This document shows positions 10,151 to 20,433 of a stretch of 64,000 bases of DNA, piece after piece. The DNA comes from a candidate division WWE3 bacterium UBA1379. GTDB taxonomy: Bacteria > Patescibacteriota > WWE3 > UBA101185 > UBA10185. How positions within the stretch are numbered: position 1 is the stretch's first letter; every line of letters begins with the position of its first letter. A program made the translations under genes and the position numbers. The notes below the pieces were generated by a model. It searched no databases. It saw only the letters and a list, made by a program, of their open reading frames with translations, and had not been told where the DNA came from. The DNA lies in the NCBI GenBank assembly GCA_002305475.1, contig DBRB01000016.1, positions 14,002 to 78,001 on the forward strand, given 5' to 3'.

Positions 10151-11350
10151 ATGCCAATTTCCAGTATTTCTTCATATTCAGCTCCCAGACAGGGTGCATA
10201 TTCTAAAAGAAGCGTCGGTCTACCAAAACCCATAATATATCTTCTTGGTATAGCATCTGTAGGACTCATTATTTATTTTGGCGGCGACATCGTTCAAAGC
10301 ATTAATAATCTGAGAGGTAAAGCCGCACTGACCGTAGACAGCCCGGGGATCGAAGCAGAAGTAATCATAAACAATAAATCTGCAGGAAATACACCTTTTG
10401 AAAAATCCGATATAAAGCCGGGAGAAACCAAGATAGCCATAAAAGGAGAAAACAGGCAGTACGAAACAACCCTAAAGATTCTTCCCAATACTCACACTCT
10501 TGTGAATCGTGACTTAGGGGTATCAGACAATTTTTCCTCCGGGCAGATTTTCTGGTTTGATGAAAAGAATTCCTCTACTGTACTCAGCGTAACTTCCGAA
10601 CCATCAGGTGCTTCCGTATTTATTGATAATTCGGAACTGGGAAAGGCACCTTTTTCCACGGCAACTCTAACTCCGGGTGAATATGATCTGAGAGTAGAAA
10701 TGCAGGGGTACGAACCGCAGACGACAAGATTTAAAGTTCAGAAAGGATACAATCTGAATATTTCGGTTAAACTTTTCCCGCTTCCCGTCCCCGCAAAAGT
10801 AAATCTGTTTGAAGGTTCACAAAATCTTTATGATCTGAGTACAAATAACTCCGTAATCTCATCCGATATCCAAAATTGGGTAAACGCCATAATCTACTGG
10901 AATAAAACCAGAGGAATTAATCTTGCCGGACTGGGTGTAAACAAAGAACAAGTTTTTGATTTCTATCTTGATCATAAAGGAGATCTCTTTGATAAAGAGG
11001 GCAATCTGATCATGAGTCCCACCGATTATGAAAAATTACAAGGGGCGGAAAAAGGAGCTTATCTGGGACGGGGAACGGAAAACGCCGGGCTGACCAATGA
11101 AGCAAAAGAGACGTATGAAAAACTAACCAGTGGTTCTTTTGCTATCGGAGGAAAAACTGCAAAAGTTAAGGATACAGGTACTGGGTGGCTTCGGGTAAGG
11201 GATGCTGCAGGTTTAGGAGGAACTGAAATCGCCAGGGTGGATGTGGGTAAATCCTATTCCGTTATAGAAGAACAGACGGAATGGGTAAAAATAAAGGTTT
11301 CGGAAACAATTACCGGCTGGGTATCTAAAACCTATCTGGAAATTCAATAA
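10151..11350 (+). CDS. Membrane-anchored protein with PEGA-like repeats and a C-terminal bacterial SH3 (SH3b)-like domain.
   Basis: N-terminal TM helix. Repeated S/T-x-PSGASVFIDN ... PGEYDLRVEMQGYEP modules look like PEGA domains. C-terminal GWLRVRDAAGLGG ... WVKIKV ... GWVSKTYL looks like SH3b. Confidence 0.45.
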   Translation: MPISSISSYSAPRQGAYSKRSVGLPKPIIYLLGIASVGLIIYFGGDIVQSINNLRGKAALTVDSPGIEAEVIINNKSAGNTPFEKSDIKPGETKIAIKGENRQYETTLKILPNTHTLVNRDLGVSDNFSSGQIFWFDEKNSSTVLSVTSEPSGASVFIDNSELGKAPFSTATLTPGEYDLRVEMQGYEPQTTRFKVQKGYNLNISVKLFPLPVPAKVNLFEGSQNLYDLSTNNSVISSDIQNWVNAIIYWNKTRGINLAGLGVNKEQVFDFYLDHKGDLFDKEGNLIMSPTDYEKLQGAEKGAYLGRGTENAGLTNEAKETYEKLTSGSFAIGGKTAKVKDTGTGWLRVRDAAGLGGTEIARVDVGKSYSVIEEQTEWVKIKVSETITGWVSKTYLEIQ

Positions 11351-11985
11351 TCCGACTGAATCTGAATTTCTTTCAGATCCTCATGCCATTTCAACAGATC
11401 AGGGCGCAGTTCTCTTATTTTATTCACACTTTCGTTAAGTTCTTCGGTAATTCCCAGACGTTTTTCATACTTGGCTACTTCCGAATATATACCTGCATCA
11501 GTCTGGGAAACTTTTTTTAATCTATCCATATAGTCAACAGTAAAAGGCAGAAATATTTCATCAATATTATCTTTTCCTCCAGGAAGATTTAAATCTTTGG
11601 AAGCCAGAAAATAGTATAGAGGAAGAGAGTTGCGGAGAGTGGCAAGATTTTTAGGATTTAGGCTATATGCTTTTATCAGATCCGAAAGAGCATGTTTCTT
11701 CAAATCAATCCGCGTCTTATCTTCCTGATATGCTGAGGCTATAAGCAGTATCTTTGCTCTATTTCTGTAGTACGCAGGTTCATCCGGATTTTGTTCAATC
11801 GAAATATTTGCATAAGTGATACTGTCGGGTATCGTTCCTGCTTCCAGCATATCTTTTGACTTGCTGTAATTTATATCCGCCAGATATATATTAACCATTC
11901 TTATTAATGAAAAAATATATCCGGCGATTAGTAGAATCAGCAAAATGAATACCCCAGTTTTTTTAAACATACCCTTACCATTCAT
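11344..11985 (-). CDS. Hypothetical membrane-anchored protein, possibly TPR-like helical.
   Basis: Single N-terminal TM followed by a helical soluble domain. ATGA overlap with the upstream O-antigen-ligase-like gene suggests co-transcription. Confidence 0.3.
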   Translation of the reverse strand: MNGKGMFKKTGVFILLILLIAGYIFSLIRMVNIYLADINYSKSKDMLEAGTIPDSITYANISIEQNPDEPAYYRNRAKILLIASAYQEDKTRIDLKKHALSDLIKAYSLNPKNLATLRNSLPLYYFLASKDLNLPGGKDNIDEIFLPFTVDYMDRLKKVSQTDAGIYSEVAKYEKRLGITEELNESVNKIRELRPDLLKWHEDLKEIQIQSDY

Positions 11986-13250
11986 TTTTTATCCTCCCAT
12001 AAATCAGCATTACTTCCGGCTATAAATAACCAGAATAGCAACACTGTTGCTACGCTTGGCCAACCGAAAATATTAGTGATAAAAAAACCCCCCAGGGAAG
12101 CAGCGGCAAAAGCATAAGTATTTCTTCTAAGCAGTCTATATGCCAGATAAAGGTATGAGGATAAACCTAGTATTCCTGTATTAGACCATAATTCCAGATA
12201 ATAGTTATGAGGTTTATTAAAAATAAAATCCCACTCCGAGGAATAATTCAAACTTGCCGGTCTAAAAGGAGGAAATTCATAGGGATAAGTTTCCGGACCG
12301 GTTCCGATCAGAAAAGTCTTAGGAGATGATGTGATCAAGGAGATTGTTCCTTTCCATAACCCCGCTCTGATAAATCCGGGATCAGATATTCTGTGTTCAT
12401 CTGAGTTTAATACTTCCGTCTGAGCATAAACTCTTGCGTTTGAGGAAATCAGTTCTTTTGTATCAAGCCAAAAATCATACAATTTATCCGAAAAAGTCCC
12501 CAGGCTTGTCATGACAACCAGTAAACCCACCGCTGCCACCGGAATTAACTTTCTATACTCTTTTTTTAACAAGTTGTAGTTCATAAATGAAAAGACCGCT
12601 ATACCAAATACCAGACCAAGTAATCCGGAAAAAGAATAGGTAAACCATAAACAGGTAAACGCAAAAGCTAAAAAAATTCCCCATAAACGCCTCCCCGACA
12701 GATATAAATATAAAACTACCGGTATTAAAAATACAATATATGCAGCCAACCAGTTCGGTTGTCCGAATGAGGATACTACCCTCTCCATACCTGTGTAATG
12801 CTGAAATATGCCATATATACTGACGGGAAGAAGAGTAATTACTGCTATCTTAAATAGAATTTTGTATTCCCTGCTTTCAAAAAGATTGATCATAACAAAA
12901 TAAATTCCGGCAAAGATTAATATCGATATCAGACCTCCGTTAAATCTTGTATAGTAACCCCACAGAGATGTATATAAATGGCTGGAAAAAACAGTGGACA
13001 GAATATATACAGTAAGAAAAAACAGTATGGATACGCCAGGAAATCTTATTGGTTTTGATAATTTACCTAATCTGAAGATCTCCCATAATATAGATGCAAA
13101 GTAAAGAAAAAACATAGTTAATCCGATCAGATACACAAAAAACATTTTGGGAAACTCCATATGTTCGTTGGTATTGGTCACATATATCAAAGGAGTTAAC
13201 AGAACCAGGATTACCGACAGATAAAATTCAATTGACTTAAGCTTACTCAT
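11982..13250 (-). CDS. O-antigen ligase / polymerase (Wzy/WaaL)-like polytopic membrane protein.
   Basis: 422 aa with about 10-12 TM helices and a periplasmic loop rich in aromatic residues, in a glycan-synthesis neighbourhood. No precise motif identified. Confidence 0.45.
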   Translation of the reverse strand: MSKLKSIEFYLSVILVLLTPLIYVTNTNEHMEFPKMFFVYLIGLTMFFLYFASILWEIFRLGKLSKPIRFPGVSILFFLTVYILSTVFSSHLYTSLWGYYTRFNGGLISILIFAGIYFVMINLFESREYKILFKIAVITLLPVSIYGIFQHYTGMERVVSSFGQPNWLAAYIVFLIPVVLYLYLSGRRLWGIFLAFAFTCLWFTYSFSGLLGLVFGIAVFSFMNYNLLKKEYRKLIPVAAVGLLVVMTSLGTFSDKLYDFWLDTKELISSNARVYAQTEVLNSDEHRISDPGFIRAGLWKGTISLITSSPKTFLIGTGPETYPYEFPPFRPASLNYSSEWDFIFNKPHNYYLELWSNTGILGLSSYLYLAYRLLRRNTYAFAAASLGGFFITNIFGWPSVATVLLFWLFIAGSNADLWEDKK

Positions 13251-13316
13251 AGCTATATCATGATAACAGCCTGAAATACAATTTTCGAATTGTATTAAAG
13301 GTATAAACCTTAATAA

Positions 13317-13880
13317 ATGTTTTCTAAAGTTTTAGTAAAACTGATTGACCAAGCAATCGTGCCTGCCATTACACTTGTTGCCGTGCGGGTTGTCAGTGTT
13401 ATTCTAATTTCTAACTATTTTGGAATTGATCTTACTCTTGGCAGACAAGGTTTCGAATACACAAACCCCGATGATTTCATTCTTGTAAATTCCTATTCAA
13501 CATTTTTCATGGTAGTGGTAGTAGCAGTAGGTCTGTTATATATTCTTCTGAAATCTCTTATTTTCCATGATTCTCATATCGCACCACATATAACTGCAAA
13601 TCTATTCTCTTTACGACTTTCCTCCTTGATACAAAGTTCATATGATCTTTATTCCCAGGGAGCAATCTGGCTTTCATATCTGTATCTGCTAACCATATCC
13701 CATGGGATCATGGCTTTTTCAGGACTGGTTTTTCCATGGGTATTCTGGGTTTCTTTGGTTCTTACTGTCTGTTCAACTGTAGTGCTGATTTTTGATATTG
13801 AAAATGAAATGGAAATTAAAAACATGAAAGTTGATCAAACCGAAGGTGTGGTAGTTAGGTTCGGAGGTTTTGATGACTAA
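13317..13880 (+). CDS. Hypothetical polytopic membrane protein.
   Basis: 187 aa with multiple hydrophobic helices. Confidence 0.3.
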   Translation: MFSKVLVKLIDQAIVPAITLVAVRVVSVILISNYFGIDLTLGRQGFEYTNPDDFILVNSYSTFFMVVVVAVGLLYILLKSLIFHDSHIAPHITANLFSLRLSSLIQSSYDLYSQGAIWLSYLYLLTISHGIMAFSGLVFPWVFWVSLVLTVCSTVVLIFDIENEMEIKNMKVDQTEGVVVRFGGFDD

Positions 13881-14148
13881 TCACTTCTTTAAATTTTCTA
13901 CAAACTCACTGCTTCTTGTCCTGTTGCTGGCGCTATTAGTATTCCCGATTACCACCATCGGATGGCTGAATGTTTCCAAAAACTCAGATACGAATTTGTC
14001 TGAAATAAATACAAATTATCAGAAGCCGTCAGATATGCAAGTACTACCCGCATATGATGAGAGAAACGAAGATGAATTTTACAACTATTATGAGTACTAT
14101 CCTGAAGAAATACCGGAAACTAGCGAAAGCACCTATCCCACTGATTAG
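13870..14148 (+). CDS. Small secreted protein with an acidic, Tyr-rich C-terminus.
   Basis: Signal-peptide-like N-terminus (LLLVLLLALLVFPITT) then an E/Y/P-rich tail; 92 aa. Confidence 0.3.
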   Translation: MMTNHFFKFSTNSLLLVLLLALLVFPITTIGWLNVSKNSDTNLSEINTNYQKPSDMQVLPAYDERNEDEFYNYYEYYPEEIPETSESTYPTD

Positions 14149-15107
14149 TCTATAGCAGGCAGACCATAAAGAATAAAAAGTATGGTTAATCCCCACACCA
14201 CAACGGTCAATAATAGAGGTTTGTCTGATAGAAGAACTCTCTCCGGAGACTCTGCATCTTCTCTTTCATAAATAACAAACAGATATCTGGCAACTCCGTA
14301 AATTACTATCGGAATCGTAAGCATCATCCATTTCGGACTTCTTAAAATGGAGGGAAGTACAGAGCTTAAAGCAGAATTTACCTCCTGCGGAGAATCCTGA
14401 AAAGTAAACAATGAGTAGGACATGATGGCAAAAGTGGATGACATGGAAATCATGCTGTCTAAAAGAGCATCAGGATAATGACGAAGTGTTTTTCTGGTTT
14501 TAGGCTCCTGGTCTTTTGATTCTCCAAGATGCTTTCGTAAAATAGTTTTTTCGGAACGTCTTTTACCGAATGCAATCAGCAGAGACAGACCGATGGTTGC
14601 CAGTAAAAGCCATGAAGATAATGATGTAAAAGCGGCAAATCCCCCCGCAAAAACCCTGATTACAAATCCTGCAGCCACTGTCAGTGAATCAAGAATGATG
14701 ACATTTCTCAGATATAAAGAGTAAATAAGCTGCATTGCAATATAGATAATTATAGCCAGAGTAAAATAGGAACCGATAACAACAATTGAAAAATACAAAG
14801 CAAAGAAAAAAAGCAGGAAGGCAACCAGCAAGGCAAAATTCTGATTGAGTTTCCCGGATGCAATCGGCCTGTTTTTCTTGATCGGATGAAGACGGTCTTT
14901 GGGAGCATCTATGATATCGTTTAAAAAATATGTTCCTGAGGAGACCATACAGAAGGCCACAAATGCATAAGAAGCTGAGAGAAAAATCTGAGGATCAAAT
15001 AAATTTCCGGAAAATACCGGAGCGGCAAAAACACTGAAATTCTTCAGCCACTGACGGGGACGGGCTGTTCTTATTAACTGATATATTATCCCAAACATTG
15101 TATCCAA
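14145..15107 (-). CDS. UbiA-family prenyl/phosphoribosyl transferase, decaprenyl-phosphate phosphoribosyltransferase-like.
   Basis: RPRQWLKNFSVFAAPVF ... NDIIDAPKDRLHPIKKNRPIASG is the UbiA NDxxDxxxD-type motif. About 8 TM helices. 320 aa. Confidence 0.75.
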   Translation of the reverse strand: MDTMFGIIYQLIRTARPRQWLKNFSVFAAPVFSGNLFDPQIFLSASYAFVAFCMVSSGTYFLNDIIDAPKDRLHPIKKNRPIASGKLNQNFALLVAFLLFFFALYFSIVVIGSYFTLAIIIYIAMQLIYSLYLRNVIILDSLTVAAGFVIRVFAGGFAAFTSLSSWLLLATIGLSLLIAFGKRRSEKTILRKHLGESKDQEPKTRKTLRHYPDALLDSMISMSSTFAIMSYSLFTFQDSPQEVNSALSSVLPSILRSPKWMMLTIPIVIYGVARYLFVIYEREDAESPERVLLSDKPLLLTVVVWGLTILFILYGLPAID

Positions 15108-15136
15108 ATTATACGATCTTCCTCTCTGCTTTGCAC

Positions 15137-15814
15137 CTAAACTTCTACTTTGTAACCAAACCCGTGTACAGTTTTAATAAAACTAACCTGAAGTTCTTTC
15201 CTTAATTTTCTGCGAAGATAACTGATATGCACCTCCAAGGCATTCGGAGCAACATCCGAATCATATTTCCATAACTGCGCCAATAAAACATTTTTACAGA
15301 CTACACATCCCTTATTTCTCATTAGATACTCCAGAATCTCAAACTCTTTTCTTCTTAATCGGAGTCTTTTTTCGTCTCTGCACACCATCTTGTTATCCAG
15401 ATCCAGCCATACATCTGCCACTTCCAACATAGGTGCAGAGTCCGCTATCGGATACAGCCTGATTCTTCTTGATAATTCTTTTATTCTCTCCAATAAGTCA
15501 TCAGTATTAAATGGTTTAATTAGGTAGTCATCAAATCCGCGATCCGAAGAAAAAACCTTGTAGTTCATTTCAAACCGATCAATTAAAACCAAAATGGGTG
15601 TTTCCATATTTCCGTTTCTGATAGTTTTACACACCTCAAATCCGTTTATATCTGAAAGATTTAAATCAATAATAATCAGATCGTAACTGTTAATGGATGA
15701 TAAGTATGAGCCGTCCTCGCCGTTTAAAGCAATATCGGTGATATATCTTTGCTTCAAAGCTCCGTCCAGAGAGCTTACAAGGTTCTTATCGCTATCTATA
15801 AGCAAAATCCTCAT
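15137..15814 (-). CDS. OmpR/PhoB-family response regulator (receiver plus winged-helix DNA-binding domain), orphan.
   Basis: Receiver residues: LLIDSD, phospho-acceptor in IIIDLNL, and LIKPF. C-terminal winged helix: LRRKEFEILEYLMRN ... VHISYLRRKL ... TVHGFGYKV. No histidine kinase within the window. Confidence 0.8.
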   Translation of the reverse strand: MRILLIDSDKNLVSSLDGALKQRYITDIALNGEDGSYLSSINSYDLIIIDLNLSDINGFEVCKTIRNGNMETPILVLIDRFEMNYKVFSSDRGFDDYLIKPFNTDDLLERIKELSRRIRLYPIADSAPMLEVADVWLDLDNKMVCRDEKRLRLRRKEFEILEYLMRNKGCVVCKNVLLAQLWKYDSDVAPNALEVHISYLRRKLRKELQVSFIKTVHGFGYKVEV

Positions 15815-15908
15815 AATGTATCACAATTTCGCGACGACTTATTCATTTTTTCAGTAAAAACTTAAAAATTCCTTAAACCACGCGGTAAATATCCGGTAAC
15901 AACATTTT

Positions 15909-16532
15909 GTGCTATATCATTTTTATTATCAAGAAGTTATCAATAAACGAGCCCGGTTGCGAAAAAATTTCCGACGCGTTATATTAATACCTACACATTC
16001 GGTAGAGATTATTCCCTGCCAGTTGAACAGTCTGTTATTACAGGCTATAATTTTTTTTATGCTTTTAACACCGCATACATTCGTAGGAGCCGCTTTAGGC
16101 GCATCCATACCCAATCCCGTAATAGCTGTTCCATTATCTATTGCCATGCACTTTGTAGGTGATATTGTTCCTCACTGGGATTTCTATTCGCATACCACTA
16201 AAGAGGAACGCCTGCGGGGATGGAGACCGGTGGCGGTAATGGCTGATCTGGCCATCGGAGTAGCAGTCGGGTTAATCCCCACTCTTTACGCTCTATGGGT
16301 TTTAAACAATCCGAACATGGCAGTAAATATTTTTCTATGCGGGATCGGATCCGTTCTGCCAGATGCTCTGGAGGCCCCATATATTTTCATGAACAAAGAT
16401 AAGGGATTTTTACACTGGCTAGCGAGATTTCAAAGTAAAATGCAGTATCAGGCTGCTCTCCCGTGGGGTCTTATTTCACAGGTGGTAGTGATCCTCGTTT
16501 CTTTGGTAGTGCTTTTAAATTCAATAAGATAA
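15909..16532 (+). CDS. Hypothetical membrane protein (true start probably internal).
   Basis: Hydrophobic helices (LLLQAIIFFMLL, AVMADLAIGVAVGLIPTLYALWVL). The first ~40 codons are atypical and run out of the divergent promoter region. Confidence 0.3.
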   Translation: MLYHFYYQEVINKRARLRKNFRRVILIPTHSVEIIPCQLNSLLLQAIIFFMLLTPHTFVGAALGASIPNPVIAVPLSIAMHFVGDIVPHWDFYSHTTKEERLRGWRPVAVMADLAIGVAVGLIPTLYALWVLNNPNMAVNIFLCGIGSVLPDALEAPYIFMNKDKGFLHWLARFQSKMQYQAALPWGLISQVVVILVSLVVLLNSIR

Positions 16533-17991
16533 TAAAGAAAGCCACAAGTCCGGAAATCGTAAGCAGTACCTGAATAGCATATTTTTCAGAAGATATCAGT
16601 CCAATTGACCCGAACACAGCTGTAGTAAACCAGTAAAACAAGGCAATCTTCTTTTCACTCCACCCTCTGGCTAAAAGCAAATGATGCAAATGACCACGGT
16701 CTCCTTTCATGGGGTTTTTCTTCTGCAGAATGCGCCTAATAAATATTACCAGAGCATCCATAAAGGGAATGATGATAGTAACAATAGCAGCAGCCACTTT
16801 TGCATTAATCAGTACCGAAAGAAACGCAAGTACCGCGCCGGCAGACATGGCAGAAAAACCCCACATAATTTTTGAAGGATGCCAAGTATAGCGAACCAGA
16901 CCCAAACTGCATCCTGCTGTAATTAACGCCAGTTTTGCATAATTAATATCTGTATGTGTTAATGGTGAAAACCTTAAGGCAAGAATTGCCAACATAATTG
17001 CCGAAATTCCGATTATTCCCGTATACTGCCCATCTATCCCGTTTGACCAGGATAACAGATTAAGAATCCACACAATCCATACTACCCAGGCAACAGTAAC
17101 AACGGAACCTAAAAGTCCGCCTTCAGAAAATTCTATCTTTCCACCGAAAGGATTGCTGAGAAAATCAATCCTTACTCCAAAATTTGTGATCAGTGAAACA
17201 ATGATAAAAAGCAAAAATAATCTGAGAGCCGGGTTTTCCAATACTTTAAGAAAAGTTCTGGGATGGGTATTCTGATAATCATCAGCCAATCCTAAAAGAG
17301 CTATCAGAAGAACAACAATATATATCCCCGCAGTTTCTTTACTGACGGGAACAAAAAGCAAAGACATAATGATAAAACCAATCGTAAATACGAAACCTCC
17401 TCCTCTGGCAGAAGGTTCTTTTAATATCATTCCCGGATGAGCATGCATAAATGGGTTGGTAACTATACCTTTTGCTGTGGCATATGAGATAAAACTGGGA
17501 GCAAGCAGAAATACCAAACCGAAACCGGCAATAAACGGAGGAAGAAGTTGCAAATACAGAGGAGGAAGGATTGACGGAAACGGTATGGAGGAAATCATAA
17601 TGATCCGGTAAAGCGATACCGTCAGAGCTATGATGGAAAAACTCATTACAAGAGAAATAACCTCAGGTAGATATCTGATAAAGTATTTTTTGCTGAAAAA
17701 CGCCAGAAAGCTTCCTGCAACCATAATACATCCGGAGACGATCGGGATAAAAAAAAGGTTGCGTTTGTAGTCCATCTGCAAGTCTCCCCAAGGCATTGAA
17801 TACCATACCGGTACAGTATCGTTTAAGTACTTATATCTGTAAATCAGATAAATCAACTGGAAAAGAACCATTAAGGTATTAATGGCTATTGCATAAAACA
17901 GATAAATAAACTGATCTCTTCGTAAGTCTAACAGCCAGGTATTTATGGATGCTTCTACTTTTTTTGTAACTTTAAGTACTTTTGTCTGCAT
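16471..17991 (-). CDS. Polyprenyl-phosphate N-acetylhexosamine-1-phosphate transferase, GT4 / MraY-WecA family, with an extra ~160-aa N-terminal membrane domain.
   Basis: Family motifs present: KEPSARGGG (the KxxTPTMGG position), LLGLADDY (DDxxN), NLLSWSNGIDG (NxxNxxDGxDG) and GDRGHLHHLL (the conserved HHH motif). Confidence 0.75.
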   Translation of the reverse strand: MQTKVLKVTKKVEASINTWLLDLRRDQFIYLFYAIAINTLMVLFQLIYLIYRYKYLNDTVPVWYSMPWGDLQMDYKRNLFFIPIVSGCIMVAGSFLAFFSKKYFIRYLPEVISLVMSFSIIALTVSLYRIIMISSIPFPSILPPLYLQLLPPFIAGFGLVFLLAPSFISYATAKGIVTNPFMHAHPGMILKEPSARGGGFVFTIGFIIMSLLFVPVSKETAGIYIVVLLIALLGLADDYQNTHPRTFLKVLENPALRLFLLFIIVSLITNFGVRIDFLSNPFGGKIEFSEGGLLGSVVTVAWVVWIVWILNLLSWSNGIDGQYTGIIGISAIMLAILALRFSPLTHTDINYAKLALITAGCSLGLVRYTWHPSKIMWGFSAMSAGAVLAFLSVLINAKVAAAIVTIIIPFMDALVIFIRRILQKKNPMKGDRGHLHHLLLARGWSEKKIALFYWFTTAVFGSIGLISSEKYAIQVLLTISGLVAFFIILLNLKALPKKRGSLPPVK

Positions 17992-18005
17992 ACAGCAACA
18001 AGTTA

Positions 18006-19553
18006 TTAACGGACCTTAGGTGTATGATAAAGATCTTTCATACGCCTTCCAAACATCATCCTTGTCTGTGCTTCAACATAGGGTAGGAATGAAAAAGTCA
18101 GTAAATTAATTACCACCATCGGCCCCTCCAGTAATATTAGGAATTTCTTCCAGAAAGGCCAGTCAGACGGAATCGGCCTTGTCAGCCTTCCACGAAATAC
18201 GGATAACGGAACCAACATCAAAAGAGCCATGGTCTGAAGCACACTGATAGTATCAGGAAGATTATAAACAGAGATTGTCTGGCGTACTAACGGATTAACT
18301 AAAGTAATAATCGGTATTCCAAAAGTCATTAAAAACACAAGAGTGATTAAAACTATTTTATTTCTGATGTGACGGTAAATCCAAAGGGTTTTGATGTTTA
18401 CCGGCACCTCCCTATTTTTCATAAATTCCTTCAATGAAATGGGAATGGCAATGGCGCCCCAACCCCAGCGCAGCAGCTGTTTGTACATACTCCTATGACT
18501 CTTCCAGTATGATTCAGACTGCACCGCATCTGCTGAATATGGAATATAGTGGAAAGTGGCTAAAAAGCGACCTTTTCTTTTGAAAAATGCTCTCCAGAAA
18601 AACAGCGTATCATCAATGCCTGTTTCTACATCCCAGAAATCCGCATCAACCACTGTTTGTAAGGTAACAGAATAATTTGCAAAGGTATCTTTTAGTGCAG
18701 GATTTACTACCACAGATTCGGATAAAGTACCCAGACTGACGGAAGTAGCTTCAATTCTCATCAGAGAAGGTACTTCCCATATATTATTGTTGAATAAATG
18801 AAGTGCGGTGGTATAAAAACGGCAGTCACGTTCGGTAGCTGTCAAATAAAGATGAGCAACACGGGCTAAAAATTGTCTGTCTAAAACATGATCAGCATCT
18901 ATAGTACTAAAAAGGTAGTTTCGGATATTTTTCCCGGTATCTTTCAAATGTTCAACCGCATGTTTGCATCCCCATGTTCTATTTGCTCCGGCTACACCTA
19001 CCGCTTCACCCACAATTCCTGCCGGATGTGTATAAAACAGCACTTCATCAAAACATTTAATTTTATCTCCCAGAATACTTCTGATTCTCTCCTCCACTTC
19101 CTTTGCATATTTCTCTTCCATTGTATAAACAAGAACAGTTTTTTTGGTATCAAAATTTTGATTAAGCAACGACTGAATGGAATCGTTTAAAACATTGTAT
19201 GGCTCATTAACTACAGGAATAAGAATAAATTGTCTGAATTTTTCCATGGATTCAGGAAGGGTTTCCTGCTCGGGAAGGGATTTAAGATCAAGCTTATCTA
19301 GCTCGGCTGCCCAGTCAATGGAGTATTCTTTTTTATGACGTGAATAACCGATAAATACTCCCACTGTATGTTTCACTGCCATATAGCACCATAAAACGGT
19401 AAGAAATGTAATGTAATAAATGATGATCTTAGGAGCAATAAGTCCAAGCCAGATAGGAGATAATATTAATAACCAGGTGATCAAGCCTGGCAGAATTTCC
19501 AGCAGACGTCGGATCTGCCTGTCATATTTATCTACAAACGAAGATGTAATCAT
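18006..19553 (-). CDS. Membrane-bound family-2 glycosyltransferase, processive (cellulose/chitin/hyaluronan-synthase-like).
   Basis: N-terminal TMs, then a GT2 core with DxD (TIDADHV) and a QxxRW motif (KQLLRWGWG), then C-terminal TMs. Confidence 0.7.
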   Translation of the reverse strand: MITSSFVDKYDRQIRRLLEILPGLITWLLILSPIWLGLIAPKIIIYYITFLTVLWCYMAVKHTVGVFIGYSRHKKEYSIDWAAELDKLDLKSLPEQETLPESMEKFRQFILIPVVNEPYNVLNDSIQSLLNQNFDTKKTVLVYTMEEKYAKEVEERIRSILGDKIKCFDEVLFYTHPAGIVGEAVGVAGANRTWGCKHAVEHLKDTGKNIRNYLFSTIDADHVLDRQFLARVAHLYLTATERDCRFYTTALHLFNNNIWEVPSLMRIEATSVSLGTLSESVVVNPALKDTFANYSVTLQTVVDADFWDVETGIDDTLFFWRAFFKRKGRFLATFHYIPYSADAVQSESYWKSHRSMYKQLLRWGWGAIAIPISLKEFMKNREVPVNIKTLWIYRHIRNKIVLITLVFLMTFGIPIITLVNPLVRQTISVYNLPDTISVLQTMALLMLVPLSVFRGRLTRPIPSDWPFWKKFLILLEGPMVVINLLTFSFLPYVEAQTRMMFGRRMKDLYHTPKVR

Positions 19554-20323
19554 ATATTGAATACACGGGAGGTGTTCTCATAAGAAAGCTTGGCAATCAA
19601 TTCAAACGGCAGTTCTTTCACCTCAGCCACCTTTTGTGCGACTATTTTAACATATTTAGGCTCGTTCTTTTCCCCCCTATGTCCCTGTGGAGGTAAGTAT
19701 GGAGCATCCGTTTCCAATACAAAGTTATCCAGAGAAACGTTTTTTACTACACCCAACAGGCTCTTTCGGGAGGGATAAGTAATCATTCCGGAAAAAGAAA
19801 TAAGAAAATTTAAATTAATAAGTTGTTGGGCAACTTCCCAATCAGATGCAAAACAGTGAGCCACACCTCTCAAATTACCGGTTGAAGAATATTTTTTCAA
19901 AAGCTCAAGCACATATTTATCACCATTACGGTTGTGGATTACTAAAGGTAGATCCTTTTTTATGGCTAGTTTAATCTGGGCTTCAAACAGTTCACATTGA
20001 TCTATTAAAGAACGTTCGTTCTCTCCATCTGCCAGATCAATCCCGCATTCACCGATGGCTACAATTTTAGGAGAGGAATCAATCAAAATTTCTAACTCAT
20101 TTACGATCTCATCAATAGAAATTTCTCTGTCCTCATGAGGATAGACCGCTGCAGTTGACCAGACATTATCGAAATGATTTGCCATAGTCAATGCATCCCT
20201 ACTGTCTTTAAGCGAAGTACCTATATTTATCATTTTTACCACCCCATCAGCTTCTGCGAAATTCACAACCGTTTTTGCTTCATCTAAGTTGTCAGGTAAG
20301 TGGCAATGGGAATCAATTAACAT
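19550..20323 (-). CDS. TatD-family metal-dependent deoxyribonuclease/hydrolase.
   Basis: MLIDSHCHL N-terminal HxH motif, later GECGID and HNR.. motifs; 257 aa. 4-nt overlap with the downstream GT2 gene. Confidence 0.85.
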   Translation of the reverse strand: MLIDSHCHLPDNLDEAKTVVNFAEADGVVKMINIGTSLKDSRDALTMANHFDNVWSTAAVYPHEDREISIDEIVNELEILIDSSPKIVAIGECGIDLADGENERSLIDQCELFEAQIKLAIKKDLPLVIHNRNGDKYVLELLKKYSSTGNLRGVAHCFASDWEVAQQLINLNFLISFSGMITYPSRKSLLGVVKNVSLDNFVLETDAPYLPPQGHRGEKNEPKYVKIVAQKVAEVKELPFELIAKLSYENTSRVFNI

Positions 20324-20369
20324 TTAATAATTATACCAATGATAACCTATTAAAAACCGTCCTATAGTG

Positions 20370-20398
20370 TTGACGAGGTGTAGTATCTGCGATAATAT
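20370..20398 (+). promoter_or_regulatory. Sigma70-like promoter for the 20434 ORF.
   Basis: TTGACG, 17 nt, TAATAT; the AAAAAGGAGATGAAC ATG RBS follows. Confidence 0.4.
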
Positions 20399-20433
20399 TA
20401 CCGCATTCTCACTAGTATTATCCGAAAAAGGAG

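Noticed and set aside
16681-16891. Two overlapping ~60-aa plus-strand ORFs.
   Set aside because: They are antisense inside the MraY/WecA-family gene, so they are shadow ORFs.
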